Of a stretch of 64,000 bases of DNA, positions 56,916 through 64,000 are shown piece by piece (the stretch's first letter is position 1; every line of letters starts with the position of its first letter). The DNA comes from Eukaryota sp. TZLM1-RC. Its lineage: Eukaryota > Protista > Metamonada: BaSk clade. Location: contig JAUPSS010000004.1 in the NCBI GenBank assembly GCA_040285825.1, positions 3,727,658-3,791,657 on the forward strand, given 5' to 3'. The notes under the pieces were generated by a model that made no database searches, was not told where the DNA came from, and was given only the letters and a program-made list of their open reading frames with translations. Position numbers and translations under genes: made by a program.

Positions 56916-58871
56916 TCATCTTCTCAACAGCGCTTCTGGGCAAATGTATCTTTCCGGCCACAATTCCGCTTTCTTCTTAATTTGAATATTTTTTGCAGCG
57001 GAAATATCTCTGTCATATACTATTTGACACTCAGTACAAATACGCATCTGCCATGAGCCTGCTTGAATATTCTCGGCCATGCAACAACTTGACATTTTGC
57101 TTGTATTAAATTCACTGGTTGACAAGTGCTTCACGTCCTTTTGATAACACAACCATTTTCTGAAAGCCCTTGCTGATCCATATCGATTGACTTTTCGGCA
57201 ATGAGAAGGGAAATTAGCAGAACCCACGGCAAGATAGAGTTTATCAGGATGTCCAGCCAGCCTTTGAAATTTGTTGAGACTCTCTCTGAACCGTCTCTCT
57301 TTTCGTCTGCGGTTATCAAATTTAATTATTTTCCATTTCTGGCGATTACTTTCCAAATACACTTTCCTCCTAACCAAATTCCAATGGTTCAAATATTGGT
57401 TGAAATTTTGAACGGAATATTGGTTGGGAGAGTGTTTACTGGGTGAAGGTTTTGTCATGTATCTTCTGCCAGTTGGACAAGGGATAACTCCACATTGATT
57501 ATCATTTAAGAAGTAACCACATAATCTTGATTGGCCAAGATCAACGCCGATAAGGGGCCTTTCAGGTAAAATTTCGACTGGATGTCTACGTCTTCGACGG
57601 GGCATTTTTTTAGTACCCTTCAACTGTGTTTCTCTGGTTTTGTTGGCATTAGGGTCACTTTTCATTTCATTTTTTGATCTTCTTTTCTTTTTCGGTGGTT
57701 CATCCAGCTCATCTGTGTTTTCTGAGTCATTATTTTTACCTTCAAAGGTCAAAAGCAGTTCATTACCATTAGTTTTCAATAAAATTTTGTTAAATCTATT
57801 TTTCAAACTTTTTCTGTTGATATTGAATTTTTGGTAAGGACATTGTTTGAATACTCGTTTCAGACATGTATTTTTGATAAACTTTGTTTTGGAAGATGAT
57901 CCTTCAATAATTGGAAATTTTTTTCACAGAGTGGAAAATTTGTGAAGGTACCTCAATAAATTTAGAACCTTTATGAGAAGCTAAAGGTATTATTCTAAAT
58001 TTCTTCCAGCAATGCATATGAGAAAAGAAAGTGAGTAAGTATTGTGAAATTTTAAGATTGAAGAGAAAAAGCTCACTAATTTCCTTTGATGAAAAAGTGA
58101 TTTTATCATGTGAGGACAGTAGGGAGGCAGTGGTAGGAAATCTTTGAAAGAGATTCAAGATAAACCTACATGCATTCAATAAAAAAAATCTTTCTCTTGA
58201 ATTATTCAAATTGAAATTGATGAGGTATTCAAGAACAGAATCAACTACTACTTCCTCGGGTTGGGCTAGTAGTTCATCTGGCAAAAGTGAAAGAATATTA
58301 TTTGCAAAGACATTTGTTTTATTCAGGGCTCTACAATGAGCACGAATAAAGTTTTTGTCCAGGATTGACAAATTTTGGGTAAACATGTCTTAACGTTGGA
58401 GGCCAATTGACGAGCACGACAGGCAAGATAAGAAGAGAGCCCTTTTCTATTGATAAAATTACAGTTCTGGGACTGCAGCCAATCATTGAGGAAAAGATTG
58501 AATGAATTTCTGTAAGGCACTAAAGAATTTTCCCACACAGAAACAAGAGACCTGTCTTGTGGGCATTCAGGAAGAAATCCATTGTAAAAGATATGGAGTA
58601 ATTGGCGTTGGCCTTTAGATGTGGAAGGCTTTGGAAAAGAACCAGTGGTGATGACGGTCATAAACAGATACCATACATCCTGTTCCACTAAAGCTCTTGA
58701 TGCCAACGGAAAATTTAGAAGAAAAGATTGAAGTAATAAAGACGCTTCATGACAAATCTCGGTGACCACAGGAAGGTCAGTCCGAATTTGTTGCACCGCT
58801 GCAGGGGTCAGCAGCGAGTTAAGTGCACAAGACCGAGTGAATACACGTGATACAGAGGGGGTGTCTGTCAT
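56916..58871 (-). CDS. Near-intact Fanzor1-type RNA-guided endonuclease (~651 aa if two 1-nt frameshifts are corrected)
   Basis: N-terminus TRSCALNSLL...EASLLL; FRIIPL; KTNGNELLLTF; basic NLS-like PPKKKRRSK; RuvC-I LIGVDLG; LAVGSANF; RuvC-II TSEFNTSKMSSCC; CTEC; RuvC-III YDRDISAAKNI; CPEALLR. Frameshifts at ~58378 and in the A7 run at ~57920. Confidence 0.85.
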
Positions 58872-59719
58872 GTAGTGAGAATAAACAGCTCATCTATCAA
58901 ATTTTACACTTGTCACCCCATTTTCAACTTCTGGTTGCCTGTTCTGGGAGGTTTTTAACCCTCAACTTGGTTTTGGGAGGTTTTCACTATTCCCACACTT
59001 TCCCACACTTTCCATTTACTTTGTAAGAATTCTCCAACTGAGTAGTTCAGCATCTCAGTTCATTTTATCCACGTCCTCCATTAATCTCAACAGGTTACCA
59101 CTGTTTGACGTTTTGTGTTATTAGCCGATGTCTAAACTCAATTCTTTACAAACCAAGGTGATTCAGCTTAAACACACAATCACTACTTATCAAAACTACT
59201 GCAAATCACATAATCTTCCTCTTCCACAAGTAAGTGATGTATTTTTCGCTCCAGACACACTCCAGAAGGTTTCAAATGCGTTCTCAAGTGCCAATACAGT
59301 GTCATCTGTTGGCTCATGACACTTGATTGAAGCAAAAGAATCAACAGTAGTAAAGTCAACAACAACCTGAGAAGAATCCACAAAAGGAGCAATTGGATAA
59401 CCACAACCACTACTTTTTATTACTATTACTTTTTTTGTTCGGTGGTACGATGGTGCGTTTGGTATAACATTGTTTTTGTTTGGTGCGCACTCAATTATAG
59501 CGACATTAGTTTTAAACAATTTGTATTGTCCAATAAAACTTTTGACAGATTTGTTTTTTCCAATAAAAGAATAAAAATAGAACACCAATCCTTCTTCCAA
59601 TCAGATAAATTTAATCAAGTTGACGTCAGAAAAGTGTTCCAATGACTTCTGCAAATCATTATTTTCTGCAAAAGATTACTTTTCCTCAATTGAAGTTAAA
59701 GATTTACCAAATTTTTTGT

Positions 59720-59855
59720 TTACTCATCTTTTGAACTGTAAACATTTCATTACATTTAGAAGCAAAGTGCATAATAACGTCAGGGACCAAATTTATGTAG
59801 TGTGCAAATCATATCGAGTAGATTCCTTTTTAGAACCGCTGTTATCAAAATTAAT
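59720..59855 (+). mobile_element. Short family A-like RLE fragment
   Basis: THLLNCKHFITFRSKVHNNVRDQ...FLEPLLS. Confidence 0.7.
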
Positions 59856-59906
59856 TCTTGAAGGAACTAATAAAAGAATACAAAGTGTTCATGTTTTGTC
59901 TTGCTA

Positions 59907-60953
59907 ATGTCTTACTATGTTCCAGCTCAACCAATGATGATGCCTGTCGTCGCTCAACCCATGATGGTTCAACAACCTCAAACACAAATTGGCTTTGCTG
60001 AAAAACTGAAACAGCAGCAACAGCAACAGAAGAAGAAGGGATGTTGTTACTGCTTTTGTACTCTATTCTGTGTTGTGATCGTCCTATTTGTAGTAGGATT
60101 GGTCTTGAAACTCGGCCAGTGCTCTAATCTGCAATATTCTCGTGATTGGATGATCGATGATGTTTCACAGGGTTTCGATATCCGTTCGATGAAAGGATCC
60201 TTCCAAACTATCATATGTGAGACATGTACCTTGCCAGAACTCTATATCGTCCAGCGTAATTCACGTGACGTGTTCCCAGAACCAAATACCAACACAACTG
60301 ATGAAACTGGAATCTACAAGTTTGCTGCCGATGAAAGTCACTTAAATTGGTTCATGGATTGCTACACCACTGATGTCACACTATACGTTCCTAGCGCTAA
60401 CGTTATGATTCCTTACATCAAAATTGATTATGATATCGGTCTTATACCAGACGAAGACTTTGGTCACAAAGATTCAATCCACATGGATGTCGATCTGGAA
60501 GTCCCCCACTTTGATCTCATTGTCAGAAAGGAATCTGCTTTGATTGAGAAACTCGTAACTCAACGTGTAAGTCTAGATACCACTGTTAAGGCCACCCTTA
60601 CGCTCAAGGACATCAACTCAAATATCAAGAAGGAATGTAAGGTCAAGACCAACTTTGGAACTCAATCCTTAGACGCCACCTTTGCCCCTGGAACCACTGG
60701 TTTCGACATTAAAATGACCTCCGGAACTGGAAATGTCAAATTGACGCTCAACAATCAAACTGAAACTGGTGGTAAGTTGAAGGTTGTACGTGAGCAAAAT
60801 GGTGATGGCAAGCCTTTTGATTTGAATGATGAAACTTTCACAACTCCACATGAAAAAGATTGGGGAGGGCAAGTTGCTGATGAAAACAACGTCTCCATTG
60901 AAGTCAGTAGTCGAATGGAACCTGGTAGAGTTTCAGTTAACTTAAAGGACTGA
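59907..60953 (+). CDS. Type II single-pass membrane protein with a beta-rich ectodomain (348 aa)
   Basis: Pro/Gln/Met-rich N-terminus, KKKGCCYCFC followed by one TM helix, then a long beta-strand-like region. ATG at 59907; intact ORF. Confidence 0.8.
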   Translation: MSYYVPAQPMMMPVVAQPMMVQQPQTQIGFAEKLKQQQQQQKKKGCCYCFCTLFCVVIVLFVVGLVLKLGQCSNLQYSRDWMIDDVSQGFDIRSMKGSFQTIICETCTLPELYIVQRNSRDVFPEPNTNTTDETGIYKFAADESHLNWFMDCYTTDVTLYVPSANVMIPYIKIDYDIGLIPDEDFGHKDSIHMDVDLEVPHFDLIVRKESALIEKLVTQRVSLDTTVKATLTLKDINSNIKKECKVKTNFGTQSLDATFAPGTTGFDIKMTSGTGNVKLTLNNQTETGGKLKVVREQNGDGKPFDLNDETFTTPHEKDWGGQVADENNVSIEVSSRMEPGRVSVNLKD

Positions 60954-61869
60954 GATTCTGTTGTTGTACATATTTCTACTAAAATTTTTGGTTAATAACT
61001 TATTTTTCTCATTTTATTCATTCTTTTAACGCTCTCACATTTTACACATAGTGATACGTCTCAACCGAACAATAGTTTAATTAACTCGGTTCCATGTAAT
61101 TGGATTCAATAATAATAGCCAATCATGACTGGACAAGTGCTGAACTATGATCCTGAAATGACCAAAATCGCTTGCTGTACGATTGAATAGGAATATCGAA
61201 CTTAATCTTAATAAATGGTAGGGCTTGGATCAAAGTTGGAAGTTCTTGTTTTGTCTGTTCTTACCTTGTTATTAGGGCCACGTCTCTGACTCAATTTGCT
61301 CTGTTTTTACATCCCAGAGATGTCTTTAAACTATATCAATTTCTCAAATGAAATTGTTTCGTCTGCTCAGTTCAAAGTTTGATATATTTACCAAAACATC
61401 AATTAATGTGTCAAGTCCTGAACTTTGAAGGTAAATATTAAAAAACAGTGGAGCTGAAAAAACGAATAAAAGTAAAGTCATGTTAAAAATGATCAGTCTG
61501 AATGTAAGTTTAGAACAAGCACATTAAGATAAATATTGTTAGGGGTTAAAAATGTGAATTTTATTCTTGCACAATATGAACAAACCATCACAAAATTGAT
61601 GAAACAGATGCTAGTGTTTCAAATTTTTCCTTGAACAATTGTCGAACGATCAACACTGTATTGTCTGCCCTCAAGTTTTCTTAGAATGCTCCTAAAGTCA
61701 ATAGTTTTACCTTTTAAGACTGGAAATGTACGTCCACTTCTCCAATATGTCCATGTGAGAAATAGATGCAAAATATATTGACCGTGGACTAAAACTTTCA
61801 TTCGCAAAAATGAAAAGAAACTTACATATATTTCAACAATATTCACTGTAAAATTTTTGTTGAACTACC

Positions 61870-62855
61870 AACACTCAATAAATTAAATCATAACTAATGG
61901 GACTAAATTAAAGGAACCTAGATTTCCTCTGCAAAACCCTGATCTGCATGTTTTTTCGCCATTGCTTCTCTTATTCAATAAAAGAATGGAGGTAATCCCT
62001 TACTTATAAAATATCCATAAGTACCTTTCGTGAGCGCCATAAAAAAATATCAAATCTTTTCATTGTTTCTTTGAACCAAAGTGTCATTTGCAACATTACA
62101 GGAGAAAAAGTCAACAACAGTTTCAGAGTTCTCAATCCAATCACGGTATACATTATTTCTATCATCAGAACCAAAACTATTCAATGACAGTGTTTCCTTC
62201 AGCAGAAGCTCTTTGATACACGAAATTTTTGCAGTTCGTGCCATATTTAAAACAGTGTTTCTAACAGCATCATGTAATGAAGAACAATAAGTTATCAATT
62301 TCGAACAATTCATAATATGGCGCAAAGTGAGCTGTGGTGAATTCGAACAAATACATTTTTCTTTTGATAATAATTGATTAATGGGGATATTCAAATATAA
62401 TCTCATTTTTGTTACAAACGGTTCATTAGTAGCACACAGTTTAAATCTTCGTGGTACAATGGTTTCAAACAGTGAAGAATCTGATGACTTGTTTTCACAA
62501 ACACCCTTTTCCAATAACAATGAGTGAAGATCTTGATTTAAAACAGCCGAGCTGCAAATATTATTATAAAGATAATTTTCATACATTCCAGTCAATCGTT
62601 TCTGTAATGTTTGAAGAGTGTTTTTTAAATTAAAAATTTTTTCCGGAATATTACCATTGAATGATTGGGGAAAGTATCGACTCCATTTTTTATTTCAATT
62701 TTTGAAATTTCTTCATTTAATCCAAAAATAGTAAAACTTGGCGTTATCATTAATAAATCTTCCCAATCGGATAGTCTTTCAGAAAACTCAAAAAATGCAT
62801 TTCTACATCCACTATCAAAGGCAAATGAAGTAAGAATAGAAACCTTGGGCCAACC
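61870..62855 (-). mobile_element. Family B fragment with an internal deletion
   Basis: ORF 62050-62595 matches 19802-20320 and joins the C-terminus at a TGAACCA microhomology (~62072). Confidence 0.8.
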
Positions 62856-62859
62856 TAAA

Positions 62860-63240
62860 GGTGTTCTTCAATTTAAAGCTAAAGAAAATCATAGAAAATA
62901 TGACAAAGATATTGAAGAAGCTAATGCTGATAGAAATGGACCACTTGTTGTTATTGCATTTCCATTTTCTACAAACGGAAGACTATCAGTAGAAGCAGGG
63001 ACTTCCTTGAATGATTTCCAAAAAATGGTTCAAGAATAAACAACGAAATGTTTTATATCTTTGTATGGCGCTCTCGAATTCAATTTGCCATAATCAATAG
63101 ATTGATTCGGTTTTTCAATCGAATTAGGAAGCTTTAGCTAGACAGCAAGTAGATCAAGATTCTGTAGAGGTAATCTTGGTTCATTGAATTTCGTCCCATT
63201 ACTTATGAGTTTATTTTGTGCAGTGTGGAAGTGCAATAAA
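62860..63240 (+). mobile_element. Family B 3' fragment
   Basis: FKAKENHRKYDKDIEEANA...; ends CAATAAA at 63240. Confidence 0.85.
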
Positions 63241-63429
63241 TAGACTGTTAGAAAACAATATTCAGAAACAAGTTCATTTTTGTTAAAAAAGCACTTTGCG
63301 CCCTCAATATTAATATTTAGTATTTATAATATTTAATATTTAGTTTTTTTTATTTATTTTATGTAAATATCTTTATTAAATATCAGCTCCGTGGCACAAT
63401 AATGACAAATAGTGATGAATATGATGACT

Positions 63430-63860
63430 GAACACCTCTTTCTAATGCTAATGAATGAAGATCTTGGTCTAAAACAGCCAAACTGCATAAAGGTATAAAA
63501 AGTTCATCTTCATACAATTGTTGTCATTCGTTTTTGTACTGTTTGAAGAGTGTATTTTAGATTCAAATCATTTTTTTCAGGAATGTTACCATTGAATGAT
63601 TGAGAAACACATCACTTCCATTTTTTTCTCATCACTTCTTGAAATTTCCTCAGTTAAAGCAGTACCAATTGAACTTTGCATTGGCTTTAATCAATCTTCC
63701 CAATCTGCAAATGTTTCTGAGAACTCAAATATGACAATTCTACATTCACCAATAAAAGCACATGAAGTAAGAAGAGAGGCTTTAGTCCAGTCTAAAAAAC
63801 CTCATTGTGGATTGAGATAAGGATGATCAGATAGTTGGGACATTTGACACCCTATCAGTT
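63430..63860 (-). mobile_element. Older family B-related internal fragment
   Basis: Similar to 19480-19900 (AYLSPHYG...CFPQSFNGNIPE...AVLNQD region). Confidence 0.7.
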
Positions 63861-64000
63861 GAGACACAACTTTAGTAAACTATATAATAGAATTCTATAC
63901 CTGTTTTGTGGTTAATTCGCCATTAAAATGTATTAATTACTTATGTAATGTGATGGATCGGTGAAAGATTCCAGGTAACAAAGGAGAAATTAGTTGAGAT

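Noticed and set aside
59128-59720. Divergent ORF upstream of the Fanzor as a partner transposase or accessory gene
   Set aside because: Short, stop-interrupted and with no recognisable DDE, Y1 or serine-recombinase motif.
1-64000. Alternative genetic code to explain the many in-frame stops
   Set aside because: Host genes are uninterrupted and end in TAA, TGA and TAG; stops are confined to decayed elements.

Overview
AT-rich nuclear DNA from a microbial eukaryote, using the standard code and very short (31-34 nt) GT-AG introns. Host genes: RPA12, a multi-pass membrane calpain, a RING-kinase-ubiquitin fusion, a GH20 beta-hexosaminidase, an amino-acid transporter, a ~982-aa membrane protein, an intron-split Paf1-like gene that the ORF track breaks in two, and a type II membrane protein. 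These sit in a dense, nested transposon landscape. It holds at least four families of RLE-type (CRE-like) non-LTR retrotransposons, two small LTR elements, hAT and Mutator remnants, and six loci of Fanzor1-type (eukaryotic TnpB-like RNA-guided nuclease) sequence. Highlights: (1) A near-intact Fanzor at 56916-58871(-) with a full RuvC D-E-D triad, two compensating single-base frameshifts, and a hairpin-rich downstream candidate omegaRNA. (2) An 8.5-kb composite at 34240-42709, best explained by a retrotransposon inserting into a copy of itself, followed by amplification into 8 x ~805-bp units, all inside the LTR of another element. (3) A Fanzor gene apparently split by a retroelement-bracketed RING-kinase-ubiquitin cassette. 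Family assignments rest on motif recognition by eye; no database searches were run, and boundaries of degenerate elements are approximate.
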